The position numbers and the translations under genes were made by a program. This document shows, one piece after another, positions 1-13,921 of a DNA stretch of 64,000 nucleotides. Positions within the stretch are counted from its first letter, which is position 1. Each line of letters starts with the position of its first letter. This stretch comes from Zygnema circumcarinatum SAG 698-1b. Taxonomy: Eukaryota > Plantae > Zygnematophyceae. The stretch spans positions 1,612,001 through 1,676,000 of the forward strand of contig CM074820.1 in assembly GCA_037447605.1 (NCBI GenBank). The letters run 5' to 3'. The notes under the pieces were generated by a model, which did not search any database, was not told the DNA's origin, and saw nothing but the letters and a program-made list of their open reading frames with translations.

Positions 1-471
1 TTGTCGCTTCTGACAAATTCTAGCCTCTGACGAATCAGAACGTACCTAATACGGTAAATCGTAGAATCTAAAGAATTTTTAAAGCGAATCAGATGTTGTC
101 ACGTGGCAGTGCCTCTTCCGGCAATGATGACTTCATTAGGGAACGACAATCTTTCGATGTTTGCAAAATATCTGGTAGAAACTAGTACATTTTTATGACT
201 AATCTAAAATAATATATTCTAATTGTAAAGTACTGATTTTAAAATAAACCGGAACACAAAAATCTCGTTTCGGGAAAATCAGTGCGAGGAATCCACGATA
301 AATAATCCAGGAGCGACGAATGACGACTCGCCACGTGAAATTCGTGCATATGGCAGCCTCTCATTGGCCCAATTTCTGTACCGGCCTCGCACTCGTTTGC
401 GATGATAAAATTCCCATCGGCTCCCCGCAAAATCCGCAGCTCCGCCTCCTGTGCAGCTGCCACGTGTCGCC

Positions 472-2461
<1,990 letters not shown>

Positions 2462-2909
2462 ACTTGGCGCTTACTTTCTTTAATTTTACAAATTAACTTT
2501 TTTGAATATGGAGAACGTCTTTTTCGCGACATGGCTGATTCGCAGAGATTTGGGCGTGATTTTGACAGGGAAAAAAGGCACATTAAGAAAATTATTTGAA
2601 GGGGTAGGGCATCTTGGTTGGAAGCTTCAGAGGGATTGTTTGGTGAAACTTGCTCTTTAGTTCAAGATAAAAAAAGGATTAGTGATTCTTTAGGGGCTTT
2701 AAAGTACAATAATTTTCACAAATTTTGTGAAGGATTCGGCCTGCAATTGTACCAAATTATTAACCCAAGTTGTCTGTTTCTCAATTTATCTACAATTTTG
2801 GTCAGATCCTTTGTACCTTCAACCTGAGAGGCAATGCTCAAGTTCACAACAGTGAACAATTTCAGTTGCAGTTAGTCTCAATTCCGTAAAACTGGAAACT
2901 GAATGGAGC

Positions 2910-4364
2910 TCAGTCTTCGCCAACAGTTCCATGTGCTGCATCTCCCCCGCCTCCCCTTTGACCTTTTGCGGCTCGTCGGCATCGTTCGCTGCAATATCTG
3001 TTCATACAAAAAGAAAAATATCATCGTAAATTTGAAAAAAAATTGAAATATCGAGGCCAATTGGTATGTCAGATCGATGAAACATTCAACTTTTTGGATG
3101 ACGCGTGCAGTCCGCCGCACACTTCACCATCGAAACCCTAAAACCTAAACCCTAAAAGAACTCTCAAATCCTTGAACTAAAACATAAAAAAAAAAGACAT
3201 TTCAGATCTATATACGTGAAGTAGTAGCACGAACGGGCTTTCAGGGGTCTAGATTAGTTATAAGTTTGGAGTTCTTTATTAAATCGTTCAAGAAAGAAGA
3301 AGCCCATGGATCACTTACTTCACTTCATCCCAAACCTTTTCCCATTTCTTCCGCCTGCAAAAATACATATGCAGAAACGCACAAGGAGCATTTCAGACAA
3401 TTATTTTACATGATCCATCCATTTTTTAAAAAATAACCTCAAGAAAACCCCGAAAGCTACTTCAACCGCATAAGCCGCTTTTGTAAGCAGGCCAAAATTC
3501 CGCCTTCATCCCTAAACCCTAAACCCTAAACCCTTCAACATAAACCCCAAAACTCTAAATATAGAACTAAATGCTAACCCCTGACCATTTACATATTCTC
3601 TTTAAAAACCCCCAACCCTTTAACTCTGTACACTAAACCCTAACTCTAAACTCCACCCTGAGCAATTATACTTCCTTACCCCAAAACCCTAACCCTTAAG
3701 TCTCCCGTTGAAGCTGTAACCTTAAGCTCAAACCGTACAGCCGCCAACCCTGACACTCTGCACCCTAAAACCCTAGACCCAGCGACTAAAACCCTTGATC
3801 CTGACCCTAGAAACTTTAAAACCTAAACACTAACCTTAAACCCGAAACCATAAATCCCCAGACTTTCAACCCTCAACCCTAAACCCTAAAACCTAAACCC
3901 TAAGCTCTAACCCCCCATAAACCCTGAGCCCTCAGCCCTAAGTCCTAAACCCGAAACCCTAAACCCTGAACCCTACACCCTACACCCTAAACCCTAAACC
4001 CTAAATCGTACACCATAAACCCCAAGCCCTAAACCCTAAGCCCCAAACCCTACACCCTAAACCCTAAACACTAAGCATAAACCCGCAAACTTTACACCCT
4101 AAACCCTAACCTCCGCCTTCCGTACCAGTTCATCGGCAGGCCGCACTCGCTGCACAGTTTGGAGGGCAACGTCGCTTTCGTGTACTTCTTCTTCTTCCCG
4201 CCGTCGGCAGCAGCGCCCACCATCAGCCACGTGGCCACTTTCCGAGCGGCCAGGTGGCAGTCGGCCACGTGGCGATCAGCCAGACGGTTCGACAATCGGT
4301 CCCTACTGGTGCCGCGGAAGCTGCCAATCAGAACCGGAACATCTAAACTCATCTGAATAGACAT
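2910..4364 (-). CDS. DUF2256 family small Cys-motif protein; complement(join(2910..2997,3319..3354,4126..4364)), start codon uncertain
   Basis: Spliced product ..KKKYTKATLPSKLCSECGLPMNW|RKKWEKVWDEVK|YCSERCRRAAKG..* matches the DUF2256 consensus (LPxKxCxxCGxPxxWRKKW..W.EV.YCS.RCR). Canonical GT-AG junctions keep the frame. Confidence 0.9.
3505..4110 (-). repeat. Telomere-like (AAACCCT)n tract in DUF2256 intron 1
   Basis: Many aaaccct/aaccct units on +. Confidence 0.9.
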
Positions 4365-5071
4365 TTTCAGATTTGCTAAGGACTGTTTCTTGGAATCCTT
4401 CAAGGAACATTCGTAGACTAGACCACGTGGCAGGAGGAGAGTCGCTCAGAAGTGGAGCAATATTTTACTAAAAAAAAACTTTTTTCTTGTTCCGTACAGA
4501 AAAAACAATGAGAGTCCGCCAGCACATCAGCTCACAACCGACAAAAATGACCGACATTCTAACTGCCAAACTTCGCCCCGTGTACGGTAACCAGCCACTG
4601 CCGGCCGGCAGTCAACCGGCCGTCAAACGTGACGGCGATTCATTCTCGATCGTTCGATCAATGACGTGAACGGTTGCGATCTTACGACCGACGCACATGG
4701 GGTCGATCTGACAACCGCGGAGGGTTTCTATGCTCAACAAAATCTGCGACATGTGACAGCGCATGGAACCAGCAACGATTATTCCCCAAAGCCATGGCAT
4801 GGCCCCCCGACAACTCGACCATGTTGTTGTTGTACTCGCTGTTCGCCACGTTCCATCGCCGCCTGCTTCATGCGTCGTACGAACGATGTTGGAACGCGAC
4901 TTTAAGTTTCGCCACCAACGTGTTCAACATGTGAATGTGGGCCGTGGAGTGTGTTGAGGGCGTTTCTAGAGCGGCACACGACAATGGGCTTCGCACAGAG
5001 TGTGACCACAAGACATACGGTAGCATTCGTATCGTATTCGCAGTTACGGTGTTGTAATGTATTGAGAATGC

Positions 5072-5121
5072 ATCGTATCGTATCGTATCGTATCGTATCG
5101 TATCGTATCGTATCGTATCGT
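5072..5121. repeat. (CGTAT)n pentamer microsatellite
   Basis: atcgtatcgtatcgt... ~10 units. Confidence 0.95.
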
Positions 5122-5404
5122 CACCGCTGCCTCCCCCCAAAGCAAAGCCCTGCTTCGGTCCAAAGTGCCTTTCTTTACACCACCCCAAAACATTTGTCTG
5201 CCAAACCCCCTACAGGACAGGCGGGAGGTTCGGCCCATCAAAAACACGAGACCAGCAAATATGTGCAACATTGAATAGCCATTTTTTTAAGGCTGTCACA
5301 TCCCTCCCCCCCCCTGGGGGATATACTAAAAAACTCTCCTAGTTTTTCCACATATTTACATTCATTGTCTAAAGAGGCTAAATGGGGTATACCCCCGCTG
5401 AGCC

Positions 5405-6308
5405 TCATGGTTCCATGGTATCCACAATCTTCACTTGCACCCCTCCGAACGCATGGCACGTGTGGTCCACCTCCTGCGGGAGAAAGTGCAGTCACCGAAC
5501 GAACCATGAGGAAAGAATTGCACACGCACCGACAATCCGCTAAACCCTCACCCCCTTCCTCTCCCTCTCCCCCTCTCCCCCTCTCCCTCTCCCCCCATCT
5601 CCCTCTCTCTTTCCCCCCTCTCTCCCCCTCTCCCTCTCTCCCCCTCTGCCTCTCTCTTTCCCCCCCTCTCCCTCCCCNNNNNNNNNNCCCCCCTCTCCCT
5701 CCCCCCCCTCTCTCTCCCTCCCTCCCCCTCCCTCCCTCCCCCTCTCCCTCTCTCCCTCTCACCCCCTATTCCCTCTCTTTCCCCTCTCTCTCCTCTTCAT
5801 TATCTCTGAAAATACACAATGCAAAGTCAACCCTGAACCCCCCCCCCCCCTCACCCCCGTGTTGCTGAGCTCGAGGTTGTAGAAGTCCATGGTCGGCGGC
5901 TCGAAGAAGGGTCCTTGGTGCCACGTCCCCACGCGGAGGTTCACCATCTGCGACCCCTCCACGCGGAACACGCGAACCTCCTCCAACGTTGGAGCCACAA
6001 AGCGGTGGCCGGCCGGCGATAGGAACACGTTCTGCTCGCCCGCAACTTCGACTACGCGCACACCAAAAGCCGAGTTTAGTGCGCAGCTGTGATCTCGAAG
6101 TCAAGTTTTTGGGATTTCAGAACATATCATCGTGAATGTGGAATTCAAGGTTGCTCAGAACACTATGGGTAACATGGCAGCAGTGGGTTTGGGCCGGAAA
6201 AGGGGGGGGGCACTGAGAGAGAGAGAGAGAGGCAGGGAAAGCGAGCGATGGAAAAAGAGAGAGGAGGGGAGAGGGAGAGAGAGGGAGAGAGAGAGCGAGA
6301 GAGAGAGC

Positions 6309-6340
<32 letters not shown>

Positions 6341-8182
6341 GGGGGGAAGAGAGTGGAGAAGAGAGAGAAAGAGAGAGAGAGAGGGAGGGAGATGAGAGGG
6401 TCCCTACCTTGATCGCATACAAGGGAGGGCCGCGCTACGGCGAGGTACCACGGAGCGCCGTTCGATCCGACGGCCCCCAACGTTTGCGTGACGGCGGCGT
6501 GGTGCGTGAGCCGCTCGAAACGGAGCGGACGGTTACGGAGCCGCATCACATAGAGCCTGCGTTGGGGCGTGGTGGGGGGAGGGGAGTGGGAGGGAGGGGG
6601 CGCCAATAGGGGGGGGAGGACAGTCAAGTAACAGTGACGGACGAGACAACTACCAGCAACAAAATTCAATATTTGAAAGTCGCTTTTTCTAAAGTAAAAA
6701 CGCGAAATAGAAGGTTAAAAAGTTTATATGGCGAAGAGAGGCAAGAGGCATTCAAGAATAAGGTTTGAAATGGTGTAAGAAGAGACCCTTCAAACTTTAA
6801 GAATATATTGTGGCTGAATCGGAAGGCATGCAGAGGAACTGGTGGGTGGCATTGGGGAGGACGGAGGAGGGTACTCCAGCATGAGATGTAGAGATAGTTT
6901 TGGAGCTAATAGGAGAGCCTGGATAAAGGACTACGGGCTAAGTACTAATTCTAAAGTACGCGTAACAGCTCTGAAGTAAATATATAAAAAAAAAGGGGTA
7001 AAAAGCTCTTTCGTTCCATACGTCTGTAAGGTTTTTCAGCAGAGGCACGTGGCAGATGGAGAGGGGGCGTGAAACGATGCAGAAGGAGAGGAGTAGAGGG
7101 AGGTGGGAGAGGATGAGAGAGAGGGAGAGGGAGAGAGAAAGCAAGGGGAAGGGAGATAGCGAGAGGGAGGGAGGACGAGGGGATGGAGGGGGAGAAGGAA
7201 TCCTACCCCCTCTCCCCCCCAACCCCCTCCCCCTCTCTCTCCCCCTCGCCCGACCACCTTGCCCCCTCCCCAAAGATCATCACAGCTTTACTTTCACAAA
7301 ATTAAAAAAAATAAAAGAATCACTTATGTTTAAATACTCCAAAGCGAGCCACAACTTAGAAAAACATAAATTTTTAAAAAATAATAATTTAAAGCACCTT
7401 GGGATTCCCTTAGAGAGGTGGACGACGGCGTCCTTGTCGCCATGCGGGGCGTCCTCCGCCACAGCTTCGATCAAGTCTCCAAAAACCGAAAAAGTTTCGC
7501 GAGTCAGCGGCTCCGCCTGGATGCTGACCCACTTCGAATTTTTGGGGCTGCCCGGGGCAGCCCGATCCACTGTATTTTNNNNNNNNNNTCTCCCTCCCTC
7601 CCCCTCCCTCCCTCCCCCTCTCCCTCTCTCCCTCTCACCCCCTATTCCCTCTCTTTCCCCTCTCTCTCCTCTTCATTATCTCTGAAAATACACAATGCAA
7701 AGTCAACCCTGAACCCCCCCCCCCCCTCACCCCCGTGTTGCTGAGCTCGAGGTTGTAGAAGTCCATGGTCGGCGGCTCGAAGAAGGGTCCTTGGTGCCAC
7801 GTCCCCACGCGGAGGTTCACCATCTGCGACCCCTCCACGCGGAACACGCGAACCTCCTCCAACGTTGGAGCCACAAAGCGGTGGCCGGCCGGCGATAGGA
7901 ACACGTTCTGCTCGCCCGCAACTTCGACTACGCGCACACCAAAAGCCGAGTTTAGTGCGCAGCTGTGATCTCGAAGTCAAGTTTTTGGGATTTCAGAACA
8001 TATCATCGTGAATGTGGAATTCAAGGTTGCTCAGAACACTATGGGTAACATGGCAGCAGTGGGTTTGGGCCGGAAAAGGGGGGGGGCACTGAGAGAGAGA
8101 GAGAGGCAGGGAAAGCGAGCGATGGAAAAAGAGAGAGGAGGGGAGAGGGAGAGAGAGGGAGAGAGAGAGCGAGAGAGAGAGC

Positions 8183-8214
<32 letters not shown>

Positions 8215-9756
8215 GGGGGGAAGAGAGTGGAGAAGAGAGAGAAAGAGAGAGAGAGAGGGAGGGAGATGAGAGGGTCCCTACCTTGATCGCATACAAGGGA
8301 GGGCCGCGCTACGGCGAGGTACCACGGAGCGCCGTTCGATCCGACGGCCCCCAACGTTTGCGTGACGGCGGCGTGGTGCGTGAGCCGCTCGAAACGGAGC
8401 GGACGGTTACGGAGCCGCATCACATAGAGCCTGCGTTGGGGCGTGGTGGGGGGAGGGGAGTGGGAGGGAGGGGGCGCCAATAGGGGGGGGAGGACAGTCA
8501 AGTAACAGTGACGGACGAGACAACTACCAGCAACAAAATTCAATATTTGAAAGTCGCTTTTTCTAAAGTAAAAACGCGAAATAGAAGGTTAAAAAGTTTA
8601 TATGGCGAAGAGAGGCAAGAGGCATTCAAGAATAAGGTTTGAAATGGTGTAAGAAGAGACCCTTCAAACTTTAAGAATATATTGTGGCTGAATCGGAAGG
8701 CATGCAGAGGAACTGGTGGGTGGCATTGGGGAGGACGGAGGAGGGTACTCCAGCATGAGATGTAGAGATAGTTTTGGAGCTAATAGGAGAGCCTGGATAA
8801 AGGACTACGGGCTAAGTACTAATTCTAAAGTACGCGTAACAGCTCTGAAGTAAATATATAAAAAAAAAGGGGTAAAAAGCTCTTTCGTTCCATACGTCTG
8901 TAAGGTTTTTCAGCAGAGGCACGTGGCAGATGGAGAGGGGGCGTGAAACGATGCAGAAGGAGAGGAGTAGAGGGAGGTGGGAGAGGATGAGAGAGAGGGA
9001 GAGGGAGAGAGAAAGCAAGGGGAAGGGAGATAGCGAGAGGGAGGGAGGACGAGGGGATGGAGGGGGAGAAGGAATCCTACCCCCTCTCCCCCCCAACCCC
9101 CTCCCCCTCTCTCTCCCCCTCGCCCGACCACCTTGCCCCCTCCCCAAAGATCATCACAGCTTTACTTTCACAAAATTAAAAAAAATAAAAGAATCACTTA
9201 TGTTTAAATACTCCAAAGCGAGCCACAACTTAGAAAAACATAAATTTTTAAAAAATAATAATTTAAAGCACCTTGGGATTCCCTTAGAGAGGTGGACGAC
9301 GGCGTCCTTGTCGCCATGCGGGGCGTCCTCCGCCACAGCTTCGATCAAGTCTCCAAAAACCGAAAAAGTTTCGCGAGTCAGCGGCTCCGCCTGGATGCTG
9401 ACCCACTTCGAATTTTTGGGGCTGCCCGGGGCAGCCCGATCCACTGTATTTTTCTTCTGGTCAGCTGGAAAAAGTTTGGGCGGGAGCAGAGAGGGAGAGG
9501 TTATGGCAGCGGCTTCGCGGACTCCGACGGCGCGGGGTAGAGTGGAGGGAGGAGAGGAGGAGGGAGAAGATGGGCGAGCAGGTGGGGGGAAGTCTAGTTG
9601 GGAAGAGCATGGTTTTGGGGCTGAAATAGAGGGACGGCTGGAAAAAAGAAAACATTTACGGTGATGTGAGGAAGAAGAGGAGGGCGATTTGTGATAGAGA
9701 TATTGGGAGGCTCCATGGAGAGAGGGGAAGAGGTGGAAGGAGGTAGTGGCAGCCAT
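5405..9756 (-). CDS. Ureidoglycolate lyase/hydrolase-like (AllA-type cupin; Arabidopsis At2g35810-30-like) with probable transit peptide; exons ~9756..9272, 8430..8282, ~7940..7735, 5473..5405 (middle exons appear twice because of the duplication)
   Basis: SIQAEPLTRETFSVFGDLIE..HLSKGIPR|LYVMRL..FERLTHHAAVTQTLGAVG..WYLAVARP..APTLEEVRVFRV..NLRVGTWHQGPFF..DFYNLELSNTG|EVDHTCH. Motifs THH..VTQ.LG, GTWH.GP and DFYNLELSNT are characteristic. Ser/Pro-rich N-terminus. Confidence 0.85.
5713..9452. other. Near-identical ~1.87-kb direct duplication (~5713..7578 vs ~7589..9452) separated by a 10-N gap; probable assembly artefact
   Basis: Identical ORFs at offset 1874-1876 (5759..6061 vs 7635..7937); copy 1 ends at N gap 7579..7588; differences are confined to repeat lengths. 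Confidence 0.85.
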
Positions 9757-10547
9757 GGCTCCGCTTCTGCTGGAGGAGGGGAGAGGAGGCGAAGGGGGGA
9801 ATGGAAGAAGGGGCTAAAGGGAGAGGGAGGGGGGGCCAAGGAGAGTATTGATGTACGGACCGTACATAAAAAGTAATTTGGTTGTACGGCATAAATGTCG
9901 GTGCCGACATGTATGTCGGTGCAATGTCGGTGGCTTCGTGCGGCCGTGACCGTATGAACATTATGACGCATGTGATGACAAAAATGTGTACGACATGGCC
10001 TGAATTCGTACATATGTATACGTGTACGGAATCTCTCTCTAAAGTCTGGGCCAATGGGAGGGCGCGGTTTTGGGGGGAGGCGAGCCAATCAGAGCGCACG
10101 GTTATGTCACGTGGCGACCGCAAAGTGGCCGATCCGAGAAGGCGGGACGTGACATCGCATTTGCGAAATGTCGGTAAACTGACGTGGCCGTTTTCCGGCT
10201 TTTCCGGAGGTCGGCACGTTTTGATTGGCTGAGCGAGAAGGTTTTTTATTTCCGACCAAGTGACAAACGGCGGTGTATCGTATTGGTTGGCGATACAATA
10301 GTTGGCGATACGATTATGTGTGTCGATACATCGAATCATCGTCGATATATCGGTTGGGATCGCCCATGTTCCTCCATATTTTAAACACACTACAAAAAAA
10401 AAGAAATGAGGAAAAAGGAAAATTTCCGCAAAGAAGAAGATAGGAGTGGCCCGGTTCTTTTATTCATTTATATTTACGAATTTCCATTTATTCCTCGGGT
10501 CGCTCTATTTAATTGTGCTTGTGCTTGCACATTTGCCTTTTTGTCGT

Positions 10548-12862
10548 TTAGCTGCCTCCCCTCCCGGCCCTCTCCTCTTGCTGCTCCATCGCCTCCATTT
10601 GACGCAGTGAGAGGACGTCCACCGCCGGCTCGTATGCCTCCCATTCGGCCCTCCTCCTGGAGGGAGAGAGAGAGAGAGAGAGAGAACTTAACCTTTCATA
10701 CAATTTATAAATTCAAGAAAGAGAGGGAGAGAGAGAGAGAGTGAGAACTTAACCTTTCATACAATTTATAAATTCAAGAAAGAGAGGGAGAGAGAGAGAG
10801 AGTGAGAACTTAACCTTTCATACAATTTATAAATTCAAGAAAGAGAGAGAGACAAGCGAGCCAAGGGAGAGAGAGAGAAGAAAGACAGTCACTATTTTGC
10901 AGGAGTCCAAACTTCAAAAAGGAGGGAGGGAATGGGGGGGAGCAAGGGATATAAAGAGGAGGGGAACGGATCAAGACAAATTCGGGCCGTGTTCGCACCT
11001 GTGGACGCTGACGTGGCCGTTGGGCTGCCGCATGAGAGCAGCCGCCGTCGTGCCGTTCCGTCTGAAATTTCCCAAAAAGGGGCAGAAAAGAAATTAAGAA
11101 TTTTAAAGAGGTGCAAATTTTCACCCATTGTTTTTCTTTTTTTTTGAAGTAATTTCCTAATTTTACTCACAAATTGGCTGCTGCAATATCTGCAATTCCG
11201 CGCCGCGATTTTTTGCTGAATCGACTTTCTCTGCCTCCGCCTGCGACGCTCTGCTTCGCGATCTGCAACGGAACGGAACGGAACGGAAAGCATGGAACGC
11301 CGTAAAGAAAGGGGTGGCCTTCGAGGGAGAAATTGAAACTGAAACTGAAAAGAGATCGCGGGGGTTCATGTGAACAGTTTTGGAAACGGCGAACGGAACT
11401 GAAGGACATAGAAACGGCTCAAACGTTCGCAAACGCTTTTGAAACTCACCTCCAGTAACTGTTCTCGAATCGCGATCGCCACGGCCGGCTGCACGTGCGA
11501 GAGAGGGAGAGGGACAGAGAGAGAGAGGGAGAGGGGAGAGCAAGAGGGAGAGGGAGGAGGCAGAGGGAGGGAGGCAGGAAGAAATGCAAAGAAAAGAAAG
11601 AGAAAGAGAGAAGAAGCAAAAGAAAGAGAGAGAGAGAAGAGAGAGAAGCAAGAAAGAAAGGAAGAAGGAAGAAAGCAAAAGAAAGAGAAAGAAACAAAGA
11701 AAGGAGAAAGAGAGGAAAACAAAAAGAAAAGAAAAGAGAGAGAAAGAGAAGCAAAGAAAGAAGAGGGAAGAAAGCGCAAAGAAAAGAAGAAGAAAGGAAG
11801 AAGCAAAAGAAAGAAAGAGAGAAGAGAGGGGGAGGAAGCAAGAGAAGAAAGGAGAGAAGAGAGAAACGAAAGAAGAAGGAGAAGAGAAGCAAAGAGAGGG
11901 AGAGAGAAGCAAAGAGAGAGAGAAGCAAAGAGAAAGAGAAGAGAGAGAAGCAAAGAGAGAAGGAGAGAGAGAGAGAAGCAAGAGAGAGAGAAGCAAGAGA
12001 GAAAGGGGAAGCACTTGAAGAAGGGGAGAAGCAAGAGAAGAGAAAGCGAGAGAAGGGAGAGAAGCGAAGAGAGGGAGAGAAGAGAGAAGCAAAGAAGGGA
12101 GAGAACTGAAGAGGGGAGAGAAACGAAGAGGAGAGAGAGAAACGAAGGAAGAGGAGAGAAACGAGAGAAAGAGAGGGGAGAGCGAGAGAGAGTGAGAAGA
12201 GAGGGGGAGAAGCGCAGAGAGGAGCAGGGATGCAGAGAAATGGAGGAAAGGACAAAGAGGAAGAGCCAGAACAAAGGAGAGGGAGGAGAGAGGAAAGAAA
12301 GAAAATGGAGCAGTTCAAAAATGGCTTCAATAACATATATATATGCGAATAGTTTNNNNNNNNNNNNNNNNNNNNNNNNNNNNNNNNNNNNNNNNNNNNN
12401 NNNNNNNNNNNNNNNNNNNNNNNNNNNNNNNNNNNNNNNNNNNNNNNNNNNNNNNCTGGGCAGTGGCCTGCCGGGAAGGGAGAGAGGGAGGGAGAGAGGG
12501 AGAGAGAGAGAAGGGAGCGAGAGAGAGAAAGAGATAGAGAGAGGGGAGGGGGTTGAGAGAGGGGGGGGGAAAGAGGGAGAGAGAGAGAGAGAGAGTGAGA
12601 GAGAGAGAGTGAAGGGAGAGGAAGAGGGGGGAGAAGGCGAGAGAGGGGAGAGACTGGCCAATGTAATTTTTTCCCTGCCGTGGAAGCTTCACCCCCAAGA
12701 CCCTAAACCCTAAACCCTCAACCCTACTCCCCTGAACCCCGCCCCTAGCGCGTGCTGAGCCGTACATGCGAAACCGGACGAAGGCCGGGGCCGAGTCGTG
12801 CCACGTGGCCATCAGCGCGCGCCACCAAGCCGGGCCGCTCTCTGGTGGCGACACGTGGCGTC
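10548..12862 (-). CDS. Unassigned spliced protein, 5' end not resolved; exons 12862..12766, 11488..11450, 11262..11171, 11061..10999, 10656..10548
   Basis: Five exons join in frame through GT-AG introns: TPRVATRERPGLVARADGHVARLGPGLRPVSH|PAVAIAIREQLLE|IAKQSVAGGGRESRFSKKSRRGIADIAAANL|RNGTTAAALMRQPNGHVSVHR|RRAEWEAYEPAVDVLSLRQMEAMEQQEERAGRGGS*. No family recognised. Confidence 0.65.
10683..10850. repeat. Three tandem copies of a ~61-bp intronic unit (gagaacttaacctttcatacaatttataaattcaagaaagagag...)
   Basis: Directly visible at ~10683, ~10742 and ~10804. Confidence 0.9.
11495..12345 (+). repeat. ~850-bp almost purely purine (GA-rich) low-complexity intronic tract, followed by a 100-N gap (12356..12455)
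   Basis: Degenerate gagaagcaaagagag units; source of spurious R/E/K-rich and L/S/F-rich ORFs. Confidence 0.9.
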
Positions 12863-13639
12863 CTGAAGAGTTGAACAGATTTGTCAAATCCACCACGGTT
12901 TTGGTCGAAGGTCCACCACGTTGATCCAGGGTCTACCGAGTTGATCCAGGTCAAGCACGACAGGGACCTGATTTTCCCTCGAGGACGATAGCAGTGTCGG
13001 TGCAAAGTTTGCGAACAGGAAATTTTTCAAAATGATTTTTAGGGTGTAGATTTTATGGTTCAACTTTCTTCCAACTTCTTTAACCTTTGCTTACGTAGAT
13101 CAACCTGCTGATGTTCAACCTTTCGCACGAGCGGACGGTTGCATTGTTTATTTGGAGAGGAAAGTTGAATGACCCTCTCGAAATTCGGGTCTCGCCTTCA
13201 TACCCGAATATGAACATGGTGTAAACTGAAAAAAAAAAACGTGTTTTAACCAATTAAAAGACGACACGTGGCCAGACGCCTTGGTTCCAACCCTACGTGC
13301 AATGTCGCAGTTCAAAAAGTTGGTTCAGATCAACTTGGATCCGGAGGGTGGAAACTTTCTGCTTCAGTTTGAAACTCTTGAGATTCAACGAGTTGAATAA
13401 AGTTGGACCATGAAAACGCGTCTTCAGAGCCCCAAAACTTTCAATTCTACAATGGACCCGCGATCACAGGACGGATTGATTTTCCTTGCATTTGGTGGAT
13501 CAGCGAGTCAACTTGAGATCCACAAGTTTCTTTCCGCCACGTCATGTCATGTGCTGTGGTATTCCGGTACGGCACTGTACGAAATTGTACGGCTATGCAA
13601 TTGCCTGTACGGTCGAACCTTTACATTTACGCATCCAAA

Positions 13640-13915
13640 ACCCTAATCCTGAACTCTGGGGACATGACGCCTGAACCCAGTAAAGCCCTAAAACCCTATT
13701 TTTCGAACCCTAAATTTCAAACCCTAACTAAGCCTACCACGACTGCCACTCGCAGCTAGAAGCACGCATTTCAGAAAAAGATCATAAACATTCGACCTGA
13801 AATCTAATTCCGAAAAAACCAGAATCTCTAAACCCTAAACCCTGAAGTGCACGTCCACCCTTTGAACAAAAACCCTAAAGCCTGAACCCGAAACGCGAAA
13901 CCTTAAACCCTAAAT
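13640..13915 (+). promoter_or_regulatory. Telobox (AAACCCTA) cluster upstream of the SWAP gene
   Basis: Repeated aaaccctaa/aaccctaa motifs just 5' of ATG 13922. Teloboxes are established in promoters of plant RNA-processing genes; function here is inferred. Confidence 0.5.
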
Positions 13916-13921
13916 CTTACC

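Noticed and set aside
4487-4957. Single frame broken only by TGA stops (possible stop-codon recoding)
   Set aside because: No recognisable protein, TGA is the commonest stop in GC-rich DNA, and neighbouring real genes terminate with TGA.
5713-9452. Tandem paralogues of the ureidoglycolate, GT92 and PRP5 genes
   Set aside because: Copies are partial, essentially identical and bounded by 10-N gaps; an assembly overlap is more parsimonious.
11163-12713. Long 300-430-aa R/E/K-rich and L/S/F-rich ORFs
   Set aside because: They arise from a stop-poor GA/CT low-complexity intron and an N gap; the same applies to many L/S/P-rich ORFs across the window.
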